The translations under genes and the position numbers were made by a program. This document shows, piece by piece, positions 18,748 to 27,116 of a stretch of DNA of 43,612 nucleotides. Position 1 is the first letter of the stretch. Every line of letters begins with the position of its first letter. Location of the stretch: NCBI GenBank assembly GCA_046583355.1, contig JAYGCM010000029.1, positions 1 to 43,612 of the forward strand, read 5' to 3'. The notes under the pieces are model-generated. The model ran no database searches. It saw nothing but the letters and a program-made list of their open reading frames with translations, and was not told the origin of the DNA. Source of the stretch: Deltaproteobacteria bacterium (GTDB lineage: Bacteria; Desulfobacterota; Binatia; UBA12015).

Positions 18748-19164
18748 TCAACGCGGGGGACGCGAGGGGTCCACGATCTTCAAGCCACGAAAATACGCGC
18801 GGTAAAACCCACGGTCACGGGTGAGGAGCCGATCCGCGCTTGCGACGGCGTGCGCGCCTACCAGGAAATCCGGCACCATACGCGTCCGCTGCCCGCCTGC
18901 ATTCCGGTAGCGGCGCCAGAGCCTGCCGGCGTGATCGGCCGCCGGGCGCGTCGTCGGTACGTACTCCAATCCAAGGCCATCGAGCAGCTTCGTCAGCCGC
19001 CCGGTCTCGCCCACGGCACCGACGACCTCAGCCCAGACGATTTCGCCAACAAGAATTCGACCGTCACGACGACAATGCCGCAGCGCGGTCGCCGACGCAC
19101 TTCCGAAGTCAGTATCTGCTCGGAGAATATCGATCAGGATATTCGAATCGACCGCCGTGATCAC
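18748..19164 (-). CDS. vapC: VapC-like PIN-domain toxin
   Basis: GTG 19164 overlaps the antitoxin stop (GTGA). MITAVDSNILIDIL...VWAEV...PDFLVGAHA...LLTRDRGFYR carries the PIN acidic residues. Confidence 0.9.
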   Translation of the reverse strand: MITAVDSNILIDILRADTDFGSASATALRHCRRDGRILVGEIVWAEVVGAVGETGRLTKLLDGLGLEYVPTTRPAADHAGRLWRRYRNAGGQRTRMVPDFLVGAHAVASADRLLTRDRGFYRAYFRGLKIVDPSRPPR

Positions 19165-19391
19165 GGCAGATCCACTGATCCGCGTGCCTGGTCGAGGAAC
19201 TCGTCCGTCGTTTGCACCGAAGGAAAGGCGCCGAGGAGAGCATCTACCGGATCTTTGTCCTCTGCCTTCCGTGCGATCAGACACCCATCGCGCGCCTCGA
19301 ACTCCAGACGCTGGCCTGGCCGGATTCCGAGCCGATCGCGAATTTTCTTCGGGATCGTGACCTGCCCCTTCTCCGATACGCGCGGCTTCAT
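19161..19391 (-). CDS. vapB: AbrB/MazE/SpoVT-family antitoxin
   Basis: KPRVSEKGQVTIPKKIRDRLGIRPGQRLEF is an AbrB signature. Upstream of and overlapping the PIN toxin. Alternative start GTG 19394. Confidence 0.9.
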   Translation of the reverse strand: MKPRVSEKGQVTIPKKIRDRLGIRPGQRLEFEARDGCLIARKAEDKDPVDALLGAFPSVQTTDEFLDQARGSVDLP

Positions 19392-19392
19392 C

Positions 19393-19426
19393 ACTTTAAA
19401 GTAGGAGTTTTTGATCAGAAAGTAAA
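19393..19426 (-). promoter_or_regulatory. sigma70-type promoter and palindromic operator of vapBC
   Basis: Minus strand TTTACT-N17-TACTTT-N6-ATG. Perfect palindrome ACTTTAAAGT (19393-19402) overlaps the -10. AT-rich island in a GC-rich background. Confidence 0.7.
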
Positions 19427-19521
19427 GCTTTTCTTCATTGAGTTTGAAGAATCATGCACTACAGCCGCACCTCCCACCATGGCACGGAGACCATTTCGCC
19501 GTGCGATCGGCGCGGAGCGCT

Positions 19522-20835
19522 CTAAGCGCTGCGCAGGGTGAGGAGCGCGATCTCGGGGGGGATGCCGAGGCGCAAGGGGTAGCCGTAGAAGCCGACGCAG
19601 CGAGTGACGAAGAGGCGGGTATCGTCTTCGCGCTCGAAAATTCCCTGGTCGGGGAGACCGACAGCGCCGACGATCGTCCAGAGCGCGCGGTCGCCGAATT
19701 GGATCCCGATATGGCCGCCGTGCGTATGGCCCGAGAGGACGAGATCGGCGGCGTTCTCGGGGATATGCACCCATTGCGCCGGGTCGTGCAAAAGGAGAAT
19801 GCGCGGCTCGCCATCGTGCGCCCCGAGGCCCTCGACACGCACGGCGTATTCTTCTGCGCGATTCTGCTGCGGGAAGACATAATCGAGGCCGCCGACAGCG
19901 ACCTCTTCTCCGTCAATGCGCAATAGCGTCTGGGTATTGACCAGAAGCTCGACGCCGGCTTGGCGCAATTTCCGGGGGAAGCCGATGCGATCGTCGAAAT
20001 CATGATTGCCACGGCATGCCCATTGGCCGAGCGGCGCCCGGATTTTCGCCAGGGCGGGATAGAGGGGCGCGTCAAATCCCGGATCGCGATGGGTCAGGAA
20101 ATCGCCGGTATGCAGCACGACATCCGGGCGGGCGCCATTGGTCAGCTCCGCCACCCGCGTGAGCCGGGCCGCATCCATCGCGCCGCCTACATGGATATCG
20201 GAGAGATGCGCGACGCGCAGGCCATCCAGGGAGCGAGGCCAATTCGGCAGGTGGATCTCGCGCTCCTCGACACGGAAATCATAGGAGGTTCCGATGCCGG
20301 AGAGTGAGATCACGAAGGGGAAGCCCGCCGCCGCGACTACCGTACCCTCAAGAAATTGGCGCCGCGACGGCGACACGGCCCGCTCGGCCGGCTCGGCCTT
20401 TGCCACGAAACTCCACCAAAGGCGGAGCATGCCACGGACCAGGCCCACGCCGAGATAGGCTACGAAAAGCAGCGCGTGGGCGCTGTACCAGACCGGCCCG
20501 ATCCACATCGAGATCGGGCCTTCGAGCCAATGCCCCTCCGTGCCGCCGCGCGCTGCCAATAATTGAACGACCATGAAGAGGTCGAGCGGTGCACCGATGC
20601 CGAGATAGATACGAGCGAGGCCGCCGCCCGAGAGCCGCTCGGTGAGCGTCCGCTGCAGCCGCAGCCGGGCCCAGCTGAACCCGCCGAAGGCGATCAGGGA
20701 GAAGAGCGCAAAACCCAGCCTTCGCTGCACGGAATAATCCGACAATAATAAAACTCCGAGCGCGGGGACCAGGCAGAGCGCCCAAAGCCACCAGTGGAAG
20801 ATCTGTCGGTTCTTTCTTGCGGTCACAGGAGCCAT
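19522..20835 (-). CDS. Membrane-anchored YkuE-like metallophosphoesterase
   Basis: About four N-terminal hydrophobic segments, then SRRQFL, then HLSDIH, HTGDF, GNHD, LLHDP, LSGHTHGG, LRLGIPPEI. Confidence 0.9.
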   Translation of the reverse strand: MAPVTARKNRQIFHWWLWALCLVPALGVLLLSDYSVQRRLGFALFSLIAFGGFSWARLRLQRTLTERLSGGGLARIYLGIGAPLDLFMVVQLLAARGGTEGHWLEGPISMWIGPVWYSAHALLFVAYLGVGLVRGMLRLWWSFVAKAEPAERAVSPSRRQFLEGTVVAAAGFPFVISLSGIGTSYDFRVEEREIHLPNWPRSLDGLRVAHLSDIHVGGAMDAARLTRVAELTNGARPDVVLHTGDFLTHRDPGFDAPLYPALAKIRAPLGQWACRGNHDFDDRIGFPRKLRQAGVELLVNTQTLLRIDGEEVAVGGLDYVFPQQNRAEEYAVRVEGLGAHDGEPRILLLHDPAQWVHIPENAADLVLSGHTHGGHIGIQFGDRALWTIVGAVGLPDQGIFEREDDTRLFVTRCVGFYGYPLRLGIPPEIALLTLRSA

Positions 20836-20958
20836 TCAAACACGCCCCGCAAGGCCGGGGAATGGGCGCGTCGGCGGTGCCGCGCAGGTCCAGCCGGACG
20901 GGCGCCCGCCGCGGCAACCGGTTCAGACTCAGGTCCCGGCCGACCCCAGAGGCCGACC

Positions 20959-21555
20959 TTAGAGGTCGAGGCGCCGGTCGAGCTCGGCCGAGGCCGCGAC
21001 CAGCTCGCGCGCGGCGCGGTTGCCGTCTGCCGCGAGAATCCCGGCAACTTCGCGATAATACCAGGCGGTGCCTTCGCGCCGGCCGGTGAAGCGCTCGAAG
21101 ACCGTGTCGCCATGCACGGCATGGTCTGCCAGCACATCGCCGATATTATGCAGCTTGTCGCAGGCCGTGACGAGCCGGCACGAAGGCGATGCCGTGCGCA
21201 GGCGTTCGACGAAAGTCTCCTTGCGCTCGCGCCAGGGTTGCTTGTCCGCAGCGCCTGCGTCGATCAGACTATCGCTGCATTCCGCCACGATCCCGGCGAC
21301 GCTCGCGCCGAAGCGCGCGCCGATTTCATCGAGAATTCTCTGCCCACCCTGATCCTCGGCCGCGTCATGCAGCAGCGCGCTGATCGCTTCGTCTTCATCG
21401 CCACCGCATTCCAGCACCATCGACGCGACGGCCATCAGGTGCGAGATATACGGCGTCGTCTTCGCCTTGCGCGTCTGGCGCGCGTGCAGCCGCGCCGCGT
21501 AGACCAACGCTTGCTCGAAACGCTCACCGAGAAGACCTGCATCATCCGTCGCCAT
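20959..21555 (-). CDS. Standalone HD-domain protein, small alarmone hydrolase/MESH1-like
   Basis: HARQTRK...PYISHL, ALLHDAAEDQG, ECSD, W.ERK, CDKLHN match the RelA/SpoT hydrolase domain. No synthetase domain. Alternative start GTG 21561. Confidence 0.85.
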   Translation of the reverse strand: MATDDAGLLGERFEQALVYAARLHARQTRKAKTTPYISHLMAVASMVLECGGDEDEAISALLHDAAEDQGGQRILDEIGARFGASVAGIVAECSDSLIDAGAADKQPWRERKETFVERLRTASPSCRLVTACDKLHNIGDVLADHAVHGDTVFERFTGRREGTAWYYREVAGILAADGNRAARELVAASAELDRRLDL

Positions 21556-21645
21556 AGACACGCCCTACCCCGTCTCGCCCGCCGCGCCAATCACGCCGCA
21601 GGTTGTGCCGCCACAACCACTCAGGTCCACCCCAGCGGCTGCGGT

Positions 21646-22836
21646 TCAGCCGCCACGGGGAAAGCGCACATCAATCCAGGCGGCGACCTGCTCCATCGCC
21701 GCGACCCGGTGGCCCTCAAGGTAATGCGGCGCGCCTTTCAGCTCTTGATAGGTCAGATCGTCGCTGCCCGAGGCGTCGCGGATCGCGCGGGCCTGGAAGA
21801 GCCGGATCTCGGTATCGGCCGTCGGGTGCAGAATCAGCGTCGGGCATTTCACCTGCGGCATCGTATCGGCCAGCTTGGCGGGTGACGAGATGCTCGACCA
21901 GGTCGAGAGCCAGCCGCGCGGCGTCATGACGCGGCCCAGGCCGAAGCTCGAATAATTGGACTCGAATGGATCGGGAAAGGCGAACAACGAACCCATCGGC
22001 CTATCGTCCGGCTCGATCGCTAGGTCCAGGTAGGCCGGGTTCGCCAGCGTGCGGTAGATCACCATATACGGCGTATGCAGGCCGCGTCGCAGCGCGTCGC
22101 GCCACCCGTCGCTGCCGCGCTCGGCTTTGCGCGCCTCGGCCCGGCCTTGTTTGCCTTCGCCGAGGGCCTGGCGAGCACGCTGGTCGATCCGCTCAATGCG
22201 CGCGCGCTGGGCCGCCCGATAGGTCGCGAGCCAAGCAGCCTCGTAATGGCAGGGCTCCGGCCACGGCCGCCAGCCATTGCGCGGATCATACATATCGAGT
22301 GCGGAGTCGATCTTCAGAGGATCGGCTTCATCGACCACCGCCGGGTCGATGACCTGCTCCATGAAAACGCCCTCGCCCGGATGGGCGGCACACCCGATCC
22401 AGGCATCGCCGCAGCCCGTCTCGGCCTGCGCCAGGGCCATCAAGGAGCCGCCGCCACTATTGCCGAAGAGCACTACGTTCTCGGCGCCGCGCCGCCGCAT
22501 CTCGGCGGCTGCGGTGGCGACATCAATCACGCATTTTTCATGCAGACAATCCGCATCGTTATTGAGGTAGCGAGTCGCGAACCCGAAAACCGCGAACCCC
22601 GCTGCCGCCAGCAAGGGGCAAGCATAATGCCAGGAGAAATCCCCGCGCGGATGCGAGAGAATGATGGCGGTCTTCCACCGCTGGCCCACCGGCGGCGTCC
22701 AGAGCACACCGCGCACCAGCGCGCCGTCCTCGGTGCGCAGGCGCACCGCCTCACGGCGTGGTTCCCCCGCGGGCGCATCCGCATCGAGCGGCCAATAACT
22801 CATCCCGAGCGGTCGTTCGTCCCACACAAAATCCAT
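21646..22836 (-). CDS. Alpha/beta-hydrolase
   Basis: Nucleophile elbow FGNSGGGSL, acid in PTADTE, His in GAPHY. SD GAGGAG. Confidence 0.85.
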   Translation of the reverse strand: MDFVWDERPLGMSYWPLDADAPAGEPRREAVRLRTEDGALVRGVLWTPPVGQRWKTAIILSHPRGDFSWHYACPLLAAAGFAVFGFATRYLNNDADCLHEKCVIDVATAAAEMRRRGAENVVLFGNSGGGSLMALAQAETGCGDAWIGCAAHPGEGVFMEQVIDPAVVDEADPLKIDSALDMYDPRNGWRPWPEPCHYEAAWLATYRAAQRARIERIDQRARQALGEGKQGRAEARKAERGSDGWRDALRRGLHTPYMVIYRTLANPAYLDLAIEPDDRPMGSLFAFPDPFESNYSSFGLGRVMTPRGWLSTWSSISSPAKLADTMPQVKCPTLILHPTADTEIRLFQARAIRDASGSDDLTYQELKGAPHYLEGHRVAAMEQVAAWIDVRFPRGG

Positions 22837-22916
22837 CCCGGACTCCTCTTTTGCGCGACTGCGCGCGATGCAGGCTTGACGTTACGCAGATACCGCGCGG
22901 CAGGCGGGTTCTCGAG

Positions 22917-23693
22917 CTATGCCCGAGGCCGCGGGCCGCCGCCGCTCCCCGGCCAGCGCGAGCTACCGATGGTGTCGACGAAAGGCCAGAAGCCCTCGGG
23001 GTCGAGCTTGCCCTCAAGCGTGATATCGCGCGCGGTCGGCATGGCCGTCGAGAGCCAGGCGCTGGCCTTGCCAGCCATCGGCAGAAGCTCCGCGATGGGA
23101 TCCCAAGGGCTCTCCAACAAGCGGAGTTCGCCTTCGACCGTATCGCGACGGACCGGCTGATATTCGGTTTTGACCATGACCACATGGGGCGCGAAATCGT
23201 ATGCCTTCTCGGCACCGCCCACGGCACGCGAAACCTTCACCCACCACTCGCGCTCGACCTGCTCGGCGGGCAACTCGGCCTCGCCAACCGTCTTTCCACT
23301 GAACTCCATAAAGGTATAGCCCTGATGCGAGCAGCGCGCGCGCACGGAGTCCCCGAGGCGGAAATACTCGACATTACAAGGATATTTCGGCTGGCCGTTC
23401 ATATCCTTGCTGATGTAGATGGCCGATTCCTGATCGATACCGTAGCCCAGCGTGTACATGCCGGGCGTGCCCTTGTAGTCGGCATCGACGGCGATCACGA
23501 CGCCGAATTCCGGCTCGTCGGGAACCGGGTAACAATACACCGAGAGATGCACGTTCGAGGTGGCGCTCGGCTCGAGGCCGGGCGGCAGGAGTGCGGCGAT
23601 ATTCGCAGCCGCGGTCGGGTAGTCGATCTTGAGGACCGGCCAGCCGAGGATATCGCCAGGATTGATACGAAGGTCTTTTTCTTCTGCGCCCAT
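22917..23693 (-). CDS. Acetoacetate decarboxylase-like superfamily protein
   Basis: LLPPGLEP, Schiff-base Lys region NGQPKY, SPWDPIAELLP. Start set to ATG 23693, which follows a TTGACG-N18-TACCCA-N6 promoter-like sequence. Confidence 0.8.
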   Translation of the reverse strand: MGAEEKDLRINPGDILGWPVLKIDYPTAAANIAALLPPGLEPSATSNVHLSVYCYPVPDEPEFGVVIAVDADYKGTPGMYTLGYGIDQESAIYISKDMNGQPKYPCNVEYFRLGDSVRARCSHQGYTFMEFSGKTVGEAELPAEQVEREWWVKVSRAVGGAEKAYDFAPHVVMVKTEYQPVRRDTVEGELRLLESPWDPIAELLPMAGKASAWLSTAMPTARDITLEGKLDPEGFWPFVDTIGSSRWPGSGGGPRPRA

Positions 23694-23744
23694 ATGGATT
23701 GGGTACCCCGCCGCAGCCCGTCTCGTCAACGGCGGCGGCGAGAC

Positions 23745-23774
23745 GGGAGGCCCGGCTAATGGGCCGGACCTCCC
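23745..23774 (-). terminator. Hairpin just downstream of the thiolase stop
   Basis: Minus strand GGGAGGTCCGGC-ccatta-GCCGGGCCTCCC: 12 bp including one G-U pair that forms only on the minus-strand RNA. 8 nt after the stop; no U-tract. Confidence 0.5.
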
Positions 23775-23782
23775 ACGACGCG

Positions 23783-24952
23783 TCAGCTATCGAGGCGTTC
23801 GATGATGGTCGCGGTACCGAGACCGCCGCCACAGCACATCGAGATCAGACCGTAGCGACCACCCGTGCGCTCCAACTCATGCAGAGCGGTGGTGATGAGG
23901 CGCGAGCCCGTGCAACCGGTCGGATGGCCCAGCGCGATGGCGCCGCCCTTGGGGTTGACCTTGGCCGGATCGGGATTCAGCTCCTTCTGCCAGGCCAGCA
24001 CGACGGCGGCGAAAGCCTCGTTTATCTCGAAGGTGTCGATATCGTCGACTGTGAGTCCGGTCTGCTTGAGCACCTTGCGGGTGGCCGGGATCGGCCCTTC
24101 GAGCATCACGACAGGGTCGCAGCCGACCAACGTGGTCGCGCGGATGACGGCGCGCGCCTTGAGCCCCAGCTCCTTGGCCTTCTCGGGCGACATCAACAAG
24201 ACGGCTGCGGCGCCATCGGAGATCTGCGAGGCCGAGCCGGCCGTATGCACGCCGCCTTCTTGCACTGGCTTCAGGCCGCCGAGCTTCTCGAGTGAAGTCT
24301 CACGCAGGCCGCCATCACGCTCGACGTTTTCGATCTCCGCGGTGGGTTCGCCGGCCTCGTTGAGCACGGGCGCCTGGACCTTCACGATCTCGTTGTCGAA
24401 ATGGCCGGCCTTCCAGGCCGCGATCGCATTTTGCTGGCTACGCAGCCCGAACGCATCGGTGTCCGCACGCGTGATATCGTAGCGCTCGGCCAGAACCTCG
24501 GCGCCCTGGAATTGCGAAGTCGGCGCGTAGCGCTCCATATACTTCGCGGTCATCGGGAAGCCGCCCTTCATATTCTCGCCAAGGGGGATGCGGGTCATGG
24601 TCTCGACGCCACAGGCCAGCACGATATCTTCGATGCCCGCGCCAATCAGCCCGGCAGCAACCGAGACGGCCTGCTGCGAGGAGCCACATTGGCTGTCGAC
24701 CGTGGTGGCCGCGACTTCGAGCGGCAACCCGGCGCCAAGCCAGGCGACGCGCGTAATATTGAAGCTCTGCTCACCAACCTGCGAGACGCAGCCACCAACG
24801 ACCTGGCCGACTTTCGCCGGATCGATGCCAGCGCGCTCGACGCAGCCCTTCTGGACTTCACCGAGAAGATCGGCGGCCGCCAAGCCCGCAAAAGCACCCT
24901 TTCGGCGCCCGATCGCACTCCGCACCGCTTCGACAATGACTACATCACGCAT
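23783..24952 (-). CDS. Acetyl-CoA C-acyltransferase (thiolase), FadA5-like
   Basis: VDSQCGSSQQA (catalytic Cys), EINEAFA, GGAIALGHPTG, SMCCGGG. Overall pattern recalls mycobacterial FadA5 (GEQS.NI.RVAWL, QAPVL.E.GEPT, HTAG..SQISDGAAAVL). Confidence 0.93.
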   Translation of the reverse strand: MRDVVIVEAVRSAIGRRKGAFAGLAAADLLGEVQKGCVERAGIDPAKVGQVVGGCVSQVGEQSFNITRVAWLGAGLPLEVAATTVDSQCGSSQQAVSVAAGLIGAGIEDIVLACGVETMTRIPLGENMKGGFPMTAKYMERYAPTSQFQGAEVLAERYDITRADTDAFGLRSQQNAIAAWKAGHFDNEIVKVQAPVLNEAGEPTAEIENVERDGGLRETSLEKLGGLKPVQEGGVHTAGSASQISDGAAAVLLMSPEKAKELGLKARAVIRATTLVGCDPVVMLEGPIPATRKVLKQTGLTVDDIDTFEINEAFAAVVLAWQKELNPDPAKVNPKGGAIALGHPTGCTGSRLITTALHELERTGGRYGLISMCCGGGLGTATIIERLDS

Positions 24953-25188
24953 GAGTTTCCCCTTATTCTAACTGGATTTTCGGCCCACTCCGGAAACGAG
25001 CAGGAACCCTCCGGGATTGATTCCAGGATTCAGTTTCCTAGCCGAGAGGCAAGGTTTCCGCACCCACCGTGGAGATTGTCGAGGGCTGGCGCATACCCCA
25101 GGCTGATGGTTCCGTTACCCGTACTTTTCTCTGATCGTTTGCGGGATGGCCGTTATACCATCCCATGTCCGGAGGAGCCGTCGCTGCG

Positions 25189-26263
25189 ATGAACCACGTC
25201 TACCTGCAATACGCGATCTCCAGCTTTTTCGCCTTGATCTTTCTCGAGGCCGCCTATGCGCACGCGAAGGGTCTGCGCCTGTTCAACCTGAGGAACAGCC
25301 TGAGCTGTCTGAGCTGTGGGATGTTCACGACCACCCTGGAGGTCTTCACCAAGGCCGGCCTGTTGGTGCTCTACGGCTGGGTCTACGAGAATTTCGCCTG
25401 GACCCACCTGGCCGATGCGAGCTGGACCACTTGGGTCTCGGGCCTGCTGGTCTTTGATTTCCTCTGGTATTGGGCGCACCGCATTTCCCACGAGGTGAAT
25501 CTCTATCTGGGGCGGGCATGTCCCGCACCATCAATCCGAGGAATTCAACCTGACCGCCGGATTGCGGTAAGGCGCCCTGCAGGACCTGATGTATTGGCCG
25601 GTTTATATCTTGATGGCACCGCTGGGCTACTCGGTAGAAATGTTCGTATCCCAGATGCTGATCAACAAATTCTACGGCTTCTGGCTGCATACGCGCACGA
25701 TCGGCAAGCTACCGCTGGTCGAAGGCATTCTCAGCACGCCGTCTGCGCATCGCGTCCACCACGGCATGAACGATGTCTATATCGACAAAAACCATGGCGG
25801 GATCTTCATCCTCTTCGACCGCGCATTCGGCACCTACGCCGAAGAGAAAGAAGAAGTCATCTACGGAGTCCGCAAGCGACACACGAGCTACGACCCGGTC
25901 TGGGCACATTTCGACTGGCTCTCGCCTCTCTGGCAGGACGCCCGCCGCACCGCGAGCTGGTGGGATAAATTGCGGATCTGGTTCATGCCCACCGGCTGGC
26001 GGCCCAAGGATGTCGAGCAAGCGTTTCCTCGCCCGGAGGTATCCTTGGCGTCGTACGTGAAATTCGATGGCGAAAGGGGACAATACCCCGTGCTCCTGCC
26101 GCTGGCCCTCTTCGGTGTGCTGGCCGCCGCCAGCCAGATGCTGACGATGGGTTCCTCGTCGTGGAGTTGGCTCGCCAAAAGCGGCCTCGCCATCGCGATC
26201 ACACTCGGCCTGATCGCCCTCGGCCACGTCCTGAACGAGTCGAAGCGCAAATCCGACGGCTGA
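25189..26263 (+). pseudogene. Alkylglycerol monooxygenase-like (fatty acid hydroxylase/sterol desaturase family) gene with a frameshift and a nonsense codon
   Basis: ATG 25189 follows GGAGGAG. The first frame reads ...WYWAHRISHEVN. After a +1 shift at about 25501-25507 it continues IWGGHVPHHQSEEFNLTAGLR*GALQDLMYWP (TAA at 25568-25570), then FWLHT...TPSAHRVHHG...DKNHGG...FDRAFGTY to TGA 26263. Confidence 0.88.
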
Positions 26264-26432
26264 CGACGGCCCTGACGATGGCGAAAACCAACGACCCACT
26301 CGGCGCATGCCCGCCAAGAACTCCTCACCGAAATCGACGAACTTGCACGCCCCTCCCGCGACCGCATCTCGTCAGTAAAAATGCTGCGGAAACTGAGCGG
26401 AGTGAGACGGAGGATTTCCCCCCACCAGCCTA

Positions 26433-27017
26433 TCAGGCTTCGGCGGCGACCTGGACAACTGCCGCGACGCCCTCGGCGAAGACGCGGTGCACCAATGGCT
26501 CGAACTCAGACAAGGGCAGCGTCTCGGCCTTGGGGTCGAAGGCGCGCTGGTCGTAGAGGTCGCAGAATTCGGCACAGGCATCGAACCATTCGTGGTCGCG
26601 AAAATGCTCGCGCTCGTCGCGGTCGCCACCCAGATGATGCCAGAAATAATAGCCCTGGAAGATGCCATGGTGCTCGACGATCCAGTGATTCTCGGGCGAG
26701 ACCCAAGGCTTGAGAAGCCCGGCCGCGATCGAGGGGTGGTTGGTCGGTGCCAGCGTGTCACCGATATCGTGCAGCAGCGCGCAGACGACGTACTCCTCAT
26801 CGCGACCGTCGCGCATCGCCATCGTCGCGGTTTGCAGACTATGGGTGAGGCGATCGACCGCGAACCCACCATAATCGCCGTCGAGCAAGGCGAGATGTTT
26901 CAGAACCCGCTTGGTGGTTCCGCCCGTGAACTCGATATGGCTGGTGGCAATGGCCATCCAATCCTCGGGCGTGCTTTCGTCCATCCGGTGGAATTTCGCG
27001 CGTGCAAGTTCTGCCAT
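26433..27017 (-). CDS. HD-domain protein (COG4341-type; related to PhnZ/MIOX diiron enzymes)
   Basis: ATG 27017 follows AAGGAGA. THSLQTAT, ALLHDIGD, NH, EHHGIFQGYY, YDQ.AFDP. Confidence 0.85.
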   Translation of the reverse strand: MAELARAKFHRMDESTPEDWMAIATSHIEFTGGTTKRVLKHLALLDGDYGGFAVDRLTHSLQTATMAMRDGRDEEYVVCALLHDIGDTLAPTNHPSIAAGLLKPWVSPENHWIVEHHGIFQGYYFWHHLGGDRDEREHFRDHEWFDACAEFCDLYDQRAFDPKAETLPLSEFEPLVHRVFAEGVAAVVQVAAEA

Positions 27018-27116
27018 GAGAGATCTCCTTGTCGGGAATTTAACCCCAGACGTCCCGCCAGCGCCAGTTCGCCATTGTCCTTTCCGGCCGGGCCTCTTTC
27101 CTCTAGCCTTGCGCGG

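Noticed and set aside
25495..25575. Programmed frameshift or stop readthrough rescuing the AGMO-like gene
   Set aside because: No slippery heptamer or homopolymer at the shift, and a second independent TAA would also have to be bypassed.
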